DNA of 51,276 nt, taken from NCBI GenBank assembly GCA_045837725.1, contig JBEWZL010000219.1, positions 248,001 through 299,276 of the forward strand, read 5' to 3'. The notes below the pieces were generated by a model, which searched no databases, was not told where the DNA came from, and saw only the letters and a program-made list of their open reading frames with translations. Both the position numbers and the translations under genes were made by a program. Position 1 is the stretch's first letter; each line of letters starts with the position of its first letter. Positions 26,943-40,743 of the stretch are shown here, piece after piece. Source of the DNA: Vermamoeba vermiformis (lineage: Eukaryota).

Positions 26943-29600
26943 ATGGCGACGGAGGTATTCGAACTAATGGCAGATCCCTTACTCAGTGCAGAAAAGGAAC
27001 CAGAGTCCAAAGAAGAAAGCCCTCTTGCTTCTCATGCCTCATCTGAAAGTGAGATAGAATCGAATCCGCCATCCTTGCCTCCTGATGTCTGTATAAAATG
27101 CAAGAAGAGACCCATTAGCTATAAAAAAGCCCATTTGTGCAAGTCATGCTACACGAATCTGCCGAAATACTTGGAGCGAAAGAAGAAGTACTACAACTCG
27201 GATAAGGCGCGAACAAAAAGGCGGTTACAAAGTGCTTTGGATACGTCTCACACCGAAGGTAATGGAGGTACAGTATCAGACCGAACGAAACATGAGCAAT
27301 TTCTAAAGTGTCAAACGCTAATTTTGCAACAAATTAATTCCCGGGATGCGGCCTTCCCTTAACGTTCAATCGATTACTTTTGATTCCGGTCAATCAACAA
27401 TAGGTTTTAAGAATATTTATCTATTTTTTGCGCGCATTAATCTTTCTTTAAACCTATAAAATGCATTCATCCTTTATTGAAACCTTCCCGAATCTAACAT
27501 GTTTCATCGCAATTAGATAGCCACTCACCTCGAACGGGTCGTAGAGGCAATCGTGCACACATGAAAGTCGCGATGACCCTTGATAACCAGCCACAATATC
27601 ACACCAATCCGCATCCATCTGTCACCGGGTTTCAAGGCCCGATTTCAGGCGCACACTTAGACAACATGGAGAGGACATCAAACCACGTTATCATACCTCA
27701 AACTGCTCCTAGCTAGAATGGTTCCGTCTATTTCGCCGTTCCACATACCTCGCGCACCGGACCAGACTTACATCGGCCATGCGTTGCAAGCCTATGCGCA
27801 GACAGTTGGAGCACCCCGTGATTATGCCATGCACTATGGAATGTTCCGGCCACCAACAAACGCCGTTTCATTCGACCCGATGGTCGTATACAAGTACGAA
27901 GGCGCCGCATCTAATCCGTCTTTTATTGCTCCTCCTCACGCCTTAGCAACACCTGTTTATGTACCTAACGGTAAGTACCCCCACAGGGAATATATTTATA
28001 TTCATTTGTGATAAAATTGTTGTCTAACGGTGCACATGTCATTTTAATTTCCCGATTTTTTTTGGATCTGGCACCGGAAAATTCGCGTCGAACAATAATT
28101 TCGCCTCCAGCTCCGTTTTTATTCTTTGCATAGTTAAATTAACGAACTAACTTTATCTAACGTATCATCATGCATAGGTAATCCAGCTCAGATTTGGCAG
28201 AACGCCGATCTTGCTTCAATTCGCCCAAAGGAAAAACCCACGAATGGATGGCATCAAAATTTTATCTCACCCTTATATACGGAACAGTACCGCGTTAGTT
28301 TGATGAACGACGGATTTTTTGTTGCAGATCTGCTTAATCCGAAAGAAATTGAGATGTGCAATGAAGAGTTGAATAGGCTTGGAACTACCAATATAGACTC
28401 TTACTCCAAACGTAAGTTTTCTCAAATAGATTGTATTGCATCGCTTTTTTCGAGATACAACGGAAGGGCAGTTTTTTTTTGTTTTTATGATTATATTCAA
28501 ATTTTAGTACCTACGGGTCGGACAACACTACCCTTCTCGTTCTATCCGTTTAATTCACGAAACAGACCGCGTATTAATGAGTGCGGCAAAATTTATTCGG
28601 ATCTTACCCGAGGACGTTAATCTCCGTTTTGCTAACTATTTTTGGCTTTTATGTAGTTTGGACTGGCTGTTGGAACACGAAGGCTCAGTTCTATATCCGA
28701 ACACATCCCAAGTTATATTCGCTGTTGGCAAGCTGCTATGGCAACTACAAGCTCGTCAGCTACCCTGAGTTCTCCATCCGTCTTCCAGGCGAGATTAAGA
28801 CCGAGAAAGAGTCTAAAAGTGTGTGTTATGCACAGTCTGGCATCGATTACAAGCAACAGTTCTATAAGATCGCGCAAGGACAACCTGTTGATCGTCGGTA
28901 CACTGCCATCATAGCCTTAGCCGATCAGGACCAATTTGGCTTCCATTTACTACCTGGTTCTCAACGCCCCGAGTTCTGGGTCAATTGGGTACGTGCCAAC
29001 GCCGAAGAACTCGACAAAGACAAGGCTGGTGGATGCATCAACATCACCGAATCCAGATTCAAAGAGAGTGAGCAGCTGAAGAGCAAATTCTTGCCTCTTC
29101 CGCTCAAGGCCGGCCAAGTAGTCATATTCGATAGCTTCATGGCTTATGGATTTACACCTGCATCCGACGCAAAGACTCGAAACTTTGTGATGGTCAATCT
29201 CGTGGAATGTGTTGACGATAAGATCAATGCTGGAGAGCTGAAGAATTGCGAAGTCTTTATTACGAACATGTCACGATTGCCTCCTCCAGTCACTTTCCAA
29301 CATCGTGCGCACTCATCCGAACCAAGCACTGCCGAAAACATTTGCTTGACTTACTTAGGCCACGCAATGCTGGGAGATACGCGCTTGTACAATACAGCTG
29401 AAGGCAAGAAGATTTTAGAACGACTGCAATCAGCTGAGAACCTGGATTCTGAGATCAAGCAGCTAACTCACGCTGTATTGGACGAATGGGCCAGATCTCG
29501 CACCGTGCCAGGAGAAAACAATGTAAATTATAATAACAACGAAAACAATAACGAAATTTTGCCTCGTAGAATCAGCATTCAAAGCGTGCTGAATCTATAA
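26943..29600 (+). CDS. Putative regulator: N-terminal CxxC..CxxC zinc finger with basic region, Pro-rich linker, and C-terminal PhyH-like (2OG-Fe dioxygenase fold) domain
   Basis: Zinc finger CIKC..LCKSC. The exon ending at ~27970 splices in frame to 28178 (G-NPAQIW..LMNDGFFVADLL). PhyH-like motifs IRTHPKLY, IALADQDQFGFHLLPGSQ and LPLKAGQVVIFDS. The link between exon 1 and the middle exon is uncertain, so this may be two genes. Confidence 0.6.
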
Positions 29601-29816
29601 CTCGCGGTTGACCTGTAATATAATAAATAATCGAAATGTACTCATATGTCTATTTTCATCATTTAAGCGATTATGATTAGCAACAGAATCATCCTCAAAG
29701 CTAAACAAGCAAGAAAAGTCAGATCGCGTTCAACATGCGCTATTATTTTTCAAGTTCTTTGTCGAATAACAGCATACAATCTCAGTTTTTCGATTATATA
29801 TCATTGGTCAAGTAAA

Positions 29817-31185
29817 ATGGCGAAGCGAGAAGTAACTGTAGCTACGTTCCAAATGAGTTGCTCGTGGGATCGACAAGAAAATATCAAAAAAGCAGAAAAA
29901 TATATTAGACAAGCCGCAGGACAAGGTAAAAATAATAAATATTTGTCTAAACAAGATATTGGATTTTAAAATAGGTTCAAAGCTGAAAAATGATTTTCGT
30001 GTCAATTAAAATGTTCTTTAGAAATCACAAATCCGCGAGTTGCAATCATAATCTGATCGCTGATTGTTAGGCGCACAAATCGTCCTTGTTCAAGAGTTAT
30101 TTGAGACGCCGTACTTTTGCTCTGCTCTCGATCCAGACTACTGCGATTTGGCCACCGAGCTCGAACACAATCCAGCGGTCAACCACTTCAAAAATATTGC
30201 TAAAGAACTCTCGGTCGTACTTCCAATCAGCTTTTTTGAACGGAAAAACAACGCCAAGTAAGCACGCAATGTTAAACATGCTGTAGAGAATCTTTCTGAC
30301 GTTTGGTTCAGGTACAACTCGATTGCGATTATTGACGCCGATGGAACAGTACTTGGAGTATATAGAAAGAGGTATAATAAGACGAATCAAATCGACAACG
30401 CGTTAACATAAAAGGAATCATGACTCACAAAAATGTCCGGATAATTAATAATTACTATTGACAGCCATATCCCCGATGGTCCAGGCTATCAAGAGAAGTT
30501 CTATTTTAATCCAGGCGACACTGGCTTCAAAGTATGGAAGACAAAATACGCCACGATTGGTGTCTTGATCTGCTGGGACCAATGGTTTCCTGAACCCGCC
30601 CGCGCATTAGCCTTGATGGTAATTAATCTATATTTGATACTAATATGGCGTATTTATCAAGATTAATTAGGGTGCTGAATTATTGTTCTATCCCTCAGCT
30701 ATTGGCAGCGAACCAACGGATCCGAACATGGACACGAAGCCTCATTGGCAGCGATGCATGCAAGGTTAGAATATGCCAAGAATCAAGTCTTATTATCGTT
30801 TTATTCGTATTCACATTGTTGATAGGACATTCCGCGTCTTCAATGGTACCTGTCATTGCGTGCAATCGTGTCGGAGTCGAGAAAGTCAAAGAGACCGGTA
30901 CGAGATCCACATCAAGATTAAGCCATGCAGGCTCATATTTATATCGGCCTTAAACTAACAAATATGAAAATATTCACAGAGATTACGTTCTATGGCTCGT
31001 CGTTCATTACGGACCATCAAGGTGAAAAAATCAAAGAGGCCAATCGCACTGACGAACAAGTCTTGGTTGCAACGTTTGATTTGAACGCGCATCAAAAAGC
31101 ACGTGACAGTTGGGGATTGTTCCGCGACAGACGACCGGATCTGTACAAACATTTATTGACGTTGGACGGACAAATCAATAAATAA
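29817..31185 (+). CDS. aguB: N-carbamoylputrescine amidase (nitrilase superfamily, AguB/NLP1-like)
   Basis: QMSCSWD..ENI.KAE, QELFETPYFC, YRK.HIPDGPGYQEKFYFNPGDTGFKVW, ICWDQWFPEPAR and WGLFRDRRPDLY. The E-K-C triad is intact. Confidence 0.93.
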
Positions 31186-31234
31186 GACACTCATAATAAT
31201 AACAAATAGGGTAAGTGTTCACTAAGTCACTATT

Positions 31235-34200
31235 CTACAGCTTGGCGAGCTCTTTCTTCAGCTCGTCAATGACACGCGCGAACTTTGGTTTCATGTCAAG
31301 CGAGGCCTCTTTCATCCACTTCTCGCACTGCTTGATGATCGCGTCTTTTTCGAGCTTGAAGTGCAAGTTGATAACCTCCGCAAATTCTAAAGAACGAGAA
31401 TGAGTTTAGCTATTTATATTTACACAAGCTGGATCTGCTCACCTGCTGGCGGGTTTCTCAACTGTTCAATCATCGCAAATCGGATGTTGGTGTATTGAAT
31501 GTTCTCGTTGTACTCGTGCGACCTCTTGTCACCTTCTTTGGTGCCTCGCTGCGCTTCATAGGACGGCTCGTTGAAGTAAGGTTCTTCGACCATAATCAGG
31601 CCTTGAATCGAGATCAGCACTTGTTGCAAGTTGGACGACACTGCATTCCACTTGGAGCTCGCGTCACCGTGCCACGTGCCCAAGAGCGACAAGCACACTT
31701 TGCCGTCAGTGTACAAGTTAGGATTGAAGCGCGCAGTGCCTATTTTGCACGTGTTAGAACATGTGTCACCGAGTGCTCGTGGTTTACTTACCGTTGCCTG
31801 TGGTGGCCAAGTTGACGAGTGGCGGGTCTTGAGGGTACGTGGCGGGGAAGAAGATGTCAAATACAAAGCATCCCGAGCCATAAGGCGTGCCTTTAGGACC
31901 AGTAATCACCGCTTTCATCACGTCCATACGTTCTTCATCCGTGCGAACAAAGATGGATGAGCCACGGCTGATCGGCAACAACGAATCGAACGAGCCGCAT
32001 TCTTTGGCCAATCGCTGCATCTTCTCTTTCGAACTCGACTGCGAACTGATAATGTTGTTGCTGTAGTGGTGGTTGTACGTGATTTTGTCGCCCTCTTCTT
32101 TTGACATTTGGAAGCTGTCGAAAATCATCGGCTTCAATGTCTCTACGTAAATCTTTTCGAGCTCCATTTCTTTCTCGCGATCAACAACGTCTTCGATTTC
32201 CATTTGATCTGGGACAGGCTCGTTCGTTTGGTTGTCGCTGGGCTGGACGACGGAGTTGACTTTAGCGATCAGTTCACCGAAAAGGTTCAATCCTTCTTCG
32301 CCGACCAAGCGTTCTCGTGAAATAATTTGGAACGCTTTTTGCATGATCTGCGGACTGTATTCCAAGTCTTTGCCGAGAGCAGTCACGAACTCTGGCTCTT
32401 TGGCAAATGACAGCGTCAAAGTTACGATCTTGCGCAACAATTCACGCGGATGGAAGTTGTATTTTTCGGGGTTCTTCACCTTCAAGTTCAACATGCGAGG
32501 GCCGCACAGCTCTTCAAAGAAATGATTGATTGTCGAGACTAACTTGGCCACGACTTCAGGGGACTTAGTGAAGGGCTCAACGAAATCTAAATTTCAAGTG
32601 TTAGTAACTAGCACCCATTGAACTCATTCAACGCTATCCTTGCCTTTGGTAAGGTTCACCAAGAAGTCCAAGATGGAGTTGGCGAGATTCAAGAACGCCT
32701 TGCTGCTGCGCTCTTGGCCCTCGTAATACTGCTCACGCTGCGTGCGTCGTTCAGGCAGTTGTTTGTTCCACTCTTCAACATTGGCCATGGCGACTTGAAG
32801 CTCTTTGATGTCTGCCAAACGACTCAACGAATCGTCCAACAACATGATAGAGTCACTGAAAGTGGTCAGTTAGTGTCAGATGTTATAGTGTGACTCAACT
32901 AGTACGTACCTCAACACGGTGCCCAAGAACTTGTCGGCCTTGAAGAACGGAATGTTCTGATTGACGTCCAATGTCGCTTTGATCACTTTGCGGTACTCTT
33001 GATCGGACCACAGCTGATTCACCAGTGTAGCAATGCTCTTGCGCACGACATACTTGTCGAACTTGTGTCGGTCCACATCGAGACCTTCAACGGCGGAATC
33101 GACGTCACAATACAGCACGAACAGGCCACTGATCAGTGATTGGCGCGAAGTTTTCAAAGCATGTAGTGCGTCACGGAACTGTGATTTGAGAGGCTCCAAT
33201 AGAATGGGTGTACTTAACGGATTGACAAATGTCAGATCTCACACATATTTGTCCCTAAGTACTTGTTACTTACGTGTTGGCAGGCTGCTTGTATCCAAAT
33301 CCAAAGTTCGTTGGAGGAGCAGGGGCCTTTTGATTGCCCAAGAAATTGATCTCGGTCAACAACTCCAAGAATTTCGATCGGATAATGGCGCTGCGGATCA
33401 ACTTTGAGTCACTCACAAAAGTGCTGCAGAACGTGATCATCACGTCCAGCATTTGCGGTGTGAACACATTAGGCTCCGTGCGACCAATAAATGTCAAATA
33501 ATCGATGACATCCTCCACAAAGTACTCGGGCATCGTGGCGAAGATGGCTTCACGCAAGTTTTTGCCCTCTTCAGTGCTCGCGTTCTCGTTGTAAATTTTC
33601 AACATCCAATGCATGAATTGCATACACAGGTCTTAAATAGGGATGATTAGAATGGTTGCGCGATGAGCGAATACTACTTACTGTGCATTAAGGTCATGTA
33701 GTCCGGATGCGTGATGTGAACACAATAACCATCGACGATTAAATAATACAAATTGAGATTTTGCAGCACCTTTTGACCCTCTGGCATATTAGCGTAGAGC
33801 TCGCCATACAAGGCTATTTGTTTTTGCTGTAAATTCTTGGTGTTGATCAGCGCTTGTTGATAACTGTTATACACTCGAACAGCGGGCATTAAACTAAATG
33901 AAATATCTTTTAAGTAACCAAAAATGATGAAAGGATATATTATTTTTTAACTTACCCAACGTGCATAGAAACCAAGGTCAAGAAAAATATTTCGGAGACG
34001 AAAGTGAACTCGCCTTCTTTCAATTTCTGTTCGACGTTGAAATCAAACACCTTTTCAATCTTTGCTAGCTTCGACTTGCTTCCAAATTCCAGTCGCTTCG
34101 AATACGTGCAGTAATAAGGGCTGATCAGACTTTCCTTGCTGAAATTCGTGTCTAAAAATGGCTTGCAAAACTCCAATAGACAGCAGTGCAAGTTCACCAA

Positions 34201-35959
34201 GAAAGCTAAACAATCGTTAATATTAATGTCATTAACCTAGTATTTTTGCTGCTTACGATCTGAGCCATAAAGAGCCAAAGTGTTCAAGTAGAGCGGATCT
34301 GTCGGCGATAGATCTGCCTTGGAATCATTCAATTTGATTGCCGTAGCGAACCTAAACTATGATTAGCAATATACTATCGTAAGGAATTTTGTGGCTACGT
34401 ACCAGTTCAACAGCGAGTTCTTTGCCTTGCCGTTGTCTTTGGCCAAGAAAATCTTCTTCAAATTGTAGTGATTCATTTCCACGACGTTCTTAATCGCTCC
34501 TTGAAGGGACTTTTGCATCAATTTAATTTCGTCTATCGAGGCCTCAGGATATTTGGGGATCTGCGAGAAATATTTCTTTGCGTGGGCTTGACCCATGGTA
34601 TTCATGAAGAAGTATTTCGACTATATTAATATTAGCTTTAAGTTTACGGTACCAAATGCAAATTACCAAAACGGAGTTCTTTTCGAGATCCGATCCAGAC
34701 CAGTTCTTTGACTGTACGATTTCCTCACTAAATTAAAAGGCGTTATAATTATTTCATATAAATAGGGAATACTTACTCAATTAATATGGCGGCCAGATTA
34801 ATAATTTGAGGATAATTCAGCAGACGATTAAGGCGTTGGTAACACACATTCAGTCCAGGCTACAGTCATTCATTATTAGTTCCATATATGGCAATAATAG
34901 CGACAGACTTACGTGAAAAGCATCAAAATCTCGCACTTGAATTTGAACGGCGTAGGTCAGCTCGAAGATTACGACCGAAAAGATTGTGTCGAGTTCCTGC
35001 GATTGACAGTTCTGAATTAAGTCCGCTAACATTGGCTCTGGAAAAGTGTCGAACTTAAATAGCAATTCGGACCTACATGAAGATGGGTAAATGGACCTGT
35101 CATATCGCGCAAGGAAAGGCTTTGAACTTACTTAATCTGATTATTGGAATACAAGCTGTTTTCTTGCGGAGAATTTTGTTCTTGAATTAATAATGTTTTA
35201 AGGCCCTTAATGATTTCTGTTTTAATGTCGACGAGCAGATCTGTCACAAATTTGTTGTCTTTGTATTGGGCTTGAAGTTTGTTCGCACGATCAGTGCAAT
35301 CGACACAATATTGCAGACCACCAGCCGCATAGGGCGATTTTTCAAGAATCATTCGTTGAATGAGAGTGCGGTTCAAACGTGTAATGGGATCAGACCTACG
35401 TTGCGTTAGAAAATTGTTAAAAAATATAGAAAAATACATACACGACAGTTGTTGTCTTGGGCGATGCAGTGACAGGGATGTAATCGACGCCACCTTGCAT
35501 ACAAACGACTTGATGCTCGGAGAAGTATGAAAACGGGATCATTTTGTTGCACAGATCACACGGAATCAAGTCTTCGGCACTGTGAGAATGAATCGTTAAA
35601 CCGTATATCCAGTGGCAGTGCATCCTAAGAAATGACACGAGCAACCGATCTGTGAAATTTCCAGAATTTCAGCGAAATAGTGCGTTCCCCAAAGTGCGTT
35701 TACAACATTAATAGAGGTTGAAAATATTGTTATTAATTTTGTTTGGTGGTATTTCGATTTTTCTGATTTTACCTATCGTCGGATGTTGTGATCGTGGTCT
35801 CGTTCTTGGCCAACCTAAATATTATTTGAGATTACACGCTCTACAATAATTTTAGCAAGCATACTTTGATAAGAAAGTGCATCCATTATCTCCTTGGTTA
35901 ACAGTTACTAAAAATACGGATTTCAGAACGTTATTCTCCACTTCTTCATTGCTCGCCAT
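31235..35959 (-). CDS. Ufd2/UBE4-type E4 core fused to a BIRC6-type ubiquitin-conjugating (E2) domain; no U-box; UBZ-like zinc finger near the N-terminus
   Basis: Ufd2-core motifs [29 protein letters not shown] and [25 protein letters not shown]. In the same exon these run into [23 protein letters not shown], then (after an intron) [20 protein letters not shown] with the catalytic Cys. Zinc finger [14 protein letters not shown]. Confidence 0.88.
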
Positions 35960-36219
35960 TTGGAATAATATATATACAGTATTGTGGTGAATATGACCGA
36001 TAAACTCGAAAGATAACACGATTTTATTAACGAGCTCACAAAGACTTGTTCAACCAGGGCTAACCCAAACAAAGATATTTTTATTCTCGTTGAGTTCTCC
36101 GTTCACTTCACGTCCCACCCGGAAGAGAATCCCATCTTATGGTTGGCGGGCGAGGTTTCTTGGGTTATCCTGTTGGCTCCTGGATCTTAGCGAAATTGTA
36201 TCACCTCAGCTGGCTAACT

Positions 36220-37026
36220 TCAATCTGAGCCAAACTTGTTCTCCGATTGAGCACGAGGACGCAAGTCGGCAATCTTTCGTACGCAATGTTGACCCGTACT
36301 GATAATGATCGTCAACACCCAAATGGACACGCCGACTTGCCACACCATCAATCCATCAGCCGCATTTTTCTGTTAATTAGTCGTTAGCGTAACTATTATA
36401 GTAATAAATGATGGAGCTTCGAAAAGCATACGCAATTGGAACCGGGCGCAGTAAACAGAATAACACCGCCGTAGATAAACCACGCGACCGAAAAGCACCC
36501 GTTCAGAAAGAATATGACCCAAATAGGCACGTACGATTGTTTGCATCTATGTGAAAGTCAATTTTAGCGTTAAATCAAAAGAGAAATCATTCTGGTTCGT
36601 ACTTCGCTTTAAAGGCTAAAGCAATTATTGGCATCAGTAGGATTCCCATGCCAAGGTTGACTGCGCAATTGACTACATTCCACAGAGGTAGCTAAATAAG
36701 ATATTGTAAGCGGAGTACCTACGAAAAGGCAAACGGCAAGGTATGAACGTAATGAGGGGTACTTACGGTGGTGTCTGGTCCATTCGAAGTCTCACACGAA
36801 TAATATCGCAAAAATGTCACTATTTGACCGGTTAAAATAGATCAATATTAATTTCTAGGCGAATGATACTTACGAACGATGCCGATCGTGTGCGGAGGCA
36901 CGTTGCAGCTGAAATAATAGATTACATACACTATAAAATATTAATTAATTTTTATAATTTTGATATGAGGCGCTTACCAGTCAAAAACCGTCTGACGTTG
37001 GTATTTTCCAGCGATTTTTGTTCCAT
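36220..37026 (-). CDS. Small multi-pass membrane protein, function unknown
   Basis: Short exons with GT-AG introns encode hydrophobic segments (PIWVIFFLNGCFSVAWFIYGGVILF; WQVGVSIWVLTIII). Confidence 0.5.
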
Positions 37027-37375
37027 CTAAAAATATTGGTTAGAATGTGCGATTTTGCACTTAATATGGTTCATTGTCTAGTAGTATCAATTAAAAAAAT
37101 TATAGCGTATTTTTGTATGATTTTAGCTTTTGGGAAACTAAATTGATTGAAGATCTGACGGTTACACGAATAAATTTTGCTTACTCCAACGAATTATATT
37201 ATGATTACAAGTCCTACAGTTGCTATGACTTAAATTAAAGTAAAATAATGAATGGGCGCATCGAACCGATGTTTTAAAATCGAACCGTTCAGTGAAAAAA
37301 TGTTGGTGACCGGAAAATTACGGCAATTATTATTATTATACAAATATATACAAACTTTACACTGGTGATTAATTC

Positions 37376-40300
37376 TTACGACTTAATCTTTTTTAATGCT
37401 TGAGACAACGCCCGTTGGTTGATCGGCTTGGCCAAGTACTCATCCATACCGGCAGCCAAGCAGTCCAACGAATCTTGCTCTGAAGCATTGGCGGTGAGCG
37501 CGATGATTGGTACATGCCGCTCATTGTTCTCAATTTTGCGAATTTGTCTCGTAGCTTCGTAACCATCCATCAGCGGCATTTGACTAAATTAGGCGCGGAT
37601 TAATAATCCGAACACGACAATTGACAAAATAATAACGTACCAATCCATGAATACCAAGCTGAATAGATGCTCGTTAAACAATTTCAGGGCCTCCAAACCA
37701 TTCTCAGCCCACAGAACGTTTTTATAGCCTAATTTAGTACTAGATTAATGGAACGCTCTCAATAGTAACGTCATTTTTGGCTCCTTACCTTCTTTCTCTA
37801 ATAGCTTAACGATGACCTTTCTGTTCATGACATTGTCTTCTACCACGAGAATTTTGTCACTTTTCTCGGCGGGCTCAATTTTCTGGGTGTCAGCGTCACA
37901 TTGCATGGCTTGAACAGGAGCCTTATTGAACGCCGACGAGAGGGCCATCTTCAAATTGCAGACGATATAAGGTATTTGTACGAAGTAGACATTTGGCTTC
38001 GTGCTCTGCATCACTTTGGGGTGCGTGGTCAGCACAATGTAGGTCTCTTTGTCTAAGTCGGCATCGCTCATTGCCGAGTAAACTTTCTTCGTGATGAATG
38101 TGGCACATCGACGAGTGTCATTGGCATCGACAATAGTAGCGCCCCACTCGTTCAAGTATCGCTTCAGAGTTGATGTGTGGCAGTTATCTTTCAGCTTGAG
38201 AGCTACGCACATGTCAGCAGGGAGCATAAAGCGTGGGGGTTCTGCGTCGTGGAATGGAATGGACTTCGTCTTGAATGTAAACCAGAAGTTGCTGCCAATA
38301 ATTTCATCATTCTGTTTGACGTTGCAGTGACCAATTTGACCGCCAAGCTTTTCAACCAGTAGCTTTGAGATAGCCAAGCCCAGGCCAGTGCCTCCGTATT
38401 TACGTGAAGAGGATCCGTCGAGTTGCGTGAACGGCTGGAATAATTTTGAAGCCGAGGATTCATCAACACCAATGCCGGTGTCGATCACTTCAATCTTCCA
38501 CACTTGCTCAGTGACGTCAGAACGAACGAGCTCACCTTGAAGTGTAATACTACCCCTGTGGCACCAAGGAAGTTAGTCTTGTCACGAACAATAATAGATA
38601 AAACTTACTTTTTCGTGAATTTGATTGCATTGCCAAGGAGATTAATCATAATCTGCTCGAGCTTCACGCTGTCGCCAATAACCTCTTTATCGAAGCAAGC
38701 AGGCAAGTAGAAGTTCATCTTCAACTTGTTGGCTTCAGCGTGGCTGCTCATCATCATCAAGATATCTTCGATCTTGCTTCTAGGACTGAATCGAACTTCG
38801 TTGACGCCAATCACCGATGCCTCGGACTTGGAGAAGTCCAAGATCTGATTGATTACGTTGAATAGAATGCTGCTTGACTTTTGGATATTAACTACGTAGT
38901 CGTGTTGTTCGGCATTCAAAGCTGTTTGAGATAGCAAGTCGCACAGCCCGAGCACAACGCTTAACTAATGACAGGTTAGTTTACTCGAAGCTAGCAAAAA
39001 ATAAATACTTACCGGAGTGCGAAGTTCGTGTGAAAGGTTGGCCATGAACTGAGATTTTGCTTTGACTGCTGCCAGTGCACGATCTCGTGCTTCAGACAAC
39101 TCGTCGCGCCATCGCTCACGCAAAATGGTGTCAGCAAGCAAGCTGCCAATGTTGTTCAAGATTTGATGGTGACCATCCTCTTTGTCCCTCAGCTCAACCA
39201 AGAGCGCACTAAATCGAAGTCAGATACAACGAGCCACTAACGCGATGATTAGTACTTACCCGATGACCCCATGATCGCTCGAGGACATCAATACGCAATG
39301 TAACATTCCTTGACGGAGTTGATTTGTCTTGGCAGAGATCGTCTCAAGCATCGTCGCCTTGATTTTATCTGTATCGCTCTCGCTAAAGCCAACAGAGCTC
39401 ACCTATCCGTTACGTTAGAATTATTAATCGGAGCACGAGCATTCTTCGTACCAGCTTTACAGCTGTGCCCTCGTTTTCGCTTAGACCCATCGCCACAGCT
39501 CTGAATCTGAATTTGTCTTGCAAGAATTTGGGCACTGAGTCGAAAATCTTGGATGTGGATGAGGAGATGAGCATCTGACCAAGCAAATTGATGCTCGAAA
39601 CCAAAGAGTACAGCTTAAGCGAAGTGATGTCATGATACAACCACAGATGACCTTCGTAAGTATTGTCGATGAAGATCGGAGAGTAATCTCGTTCATAAAT
39701 GGTACCGTCTAAAAATAAAAGTTAACTCCGGATAAATCTGCCCAAAAATAGAAATGCTTACTGGACATCAAAACCTCTTCGCCGTACACGCCCTCTCGGT
39801 TTCGTAATATTTCTTCCACCCGTTTGACCGCATTCTCTCCGTCCACGAAGAGATCTTTTGCTGCGGAAAGGCCATCCGAACAGTCCGAGCCCTATTTGGT
39901 TAATGTTTATAATCATTTCAGAAATTATGCTATGTACTTACTACAAGGTCTACGAATAAAGGGATACCAAAGCACTCTTTGAAGCGGTCATTCGCTACTA
40001 CCACACGACGATCTCGATCTTCAACCACAATGGCGTGGCGAATGCCTATCAAGCACTGAGTAAGTTATCGATATTATTTGATGCTTCATTATTTAAGTAC
40101 CTTCCGTTAAGCAGTTCAATCGGGCCTTCGCGATCCTAGTTTCGTGGAGTAGCTGGGAAACGCCTTGGCTTTTTTCAATCATGCCTTCAATATGATCTCG
40201 GGCTTCTTTTTCCTTATCAATTATCTTCATAGTAACAAGGGAGTTGTACGGAAGATGCTCCGTGGCTGCAAGTTGGACGTAGCGGCACTGAACGTGGTAC

Positions 40301-40743
40301 GAGTCGCGCGGTGGATGTTGTTCCAATTTTAAAATCCCAGAAAATTCTTTACCGTTCTCATACGGGGCATCATCATCTGTTGGTACTTCTTCGCGTCTTA
40401 ATTCTTCGTTTCTGGCGAGCAAATCCGGTAGCCTTTTGTTAAGTAGTGACCGGCTAGAGATGCACTCGAAAGGATTTGAATCAGGGCATACTTGTTTGAT
40501 GAGTAAGTCCTCGGAGAGAAATAGAGTTACGTCGACGGTACTACAAGTGAAATTGTTAGCATTATGGAAATCGTAATAATTTAGTTAAATTAATTAATTG
40601 AAACAACAACTCTACTGGTATTAGTTTTGCGTCATGATATTGCCACGGCATTAATATTGCTATATTTATTGGAAAATATCATGTGTTCATTATTTCCTAT
40701 TACGCCGTACTGGATTGCAGCTGCAGTTTCAAACTCACCTCAT
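37376..40743 (-). CDS. Hybrid sensor histidine kinase (PAS/GAF-like input, HisKA, HATPase, receiver)
   Basis: H-box [13 protein letters not shown]-box [10 protein letters not shown]1 DTGIG and G2 GGTGLGL. Receiver motifs LVVEDN, FMD, MPLMDG, ALTA and KP. 5' start approximate. Confidence 0.92.

Noticed and set aside
3809-35959. Apparent cluster of ubiquitin-system genes (Kelch-BTB, WD40-SOCS, F-box, E4-E2)
   Set aside because: The genes are dispersed among unrelated ones and these families are large in eukaryotes, so there is no evidence of functional clustering.
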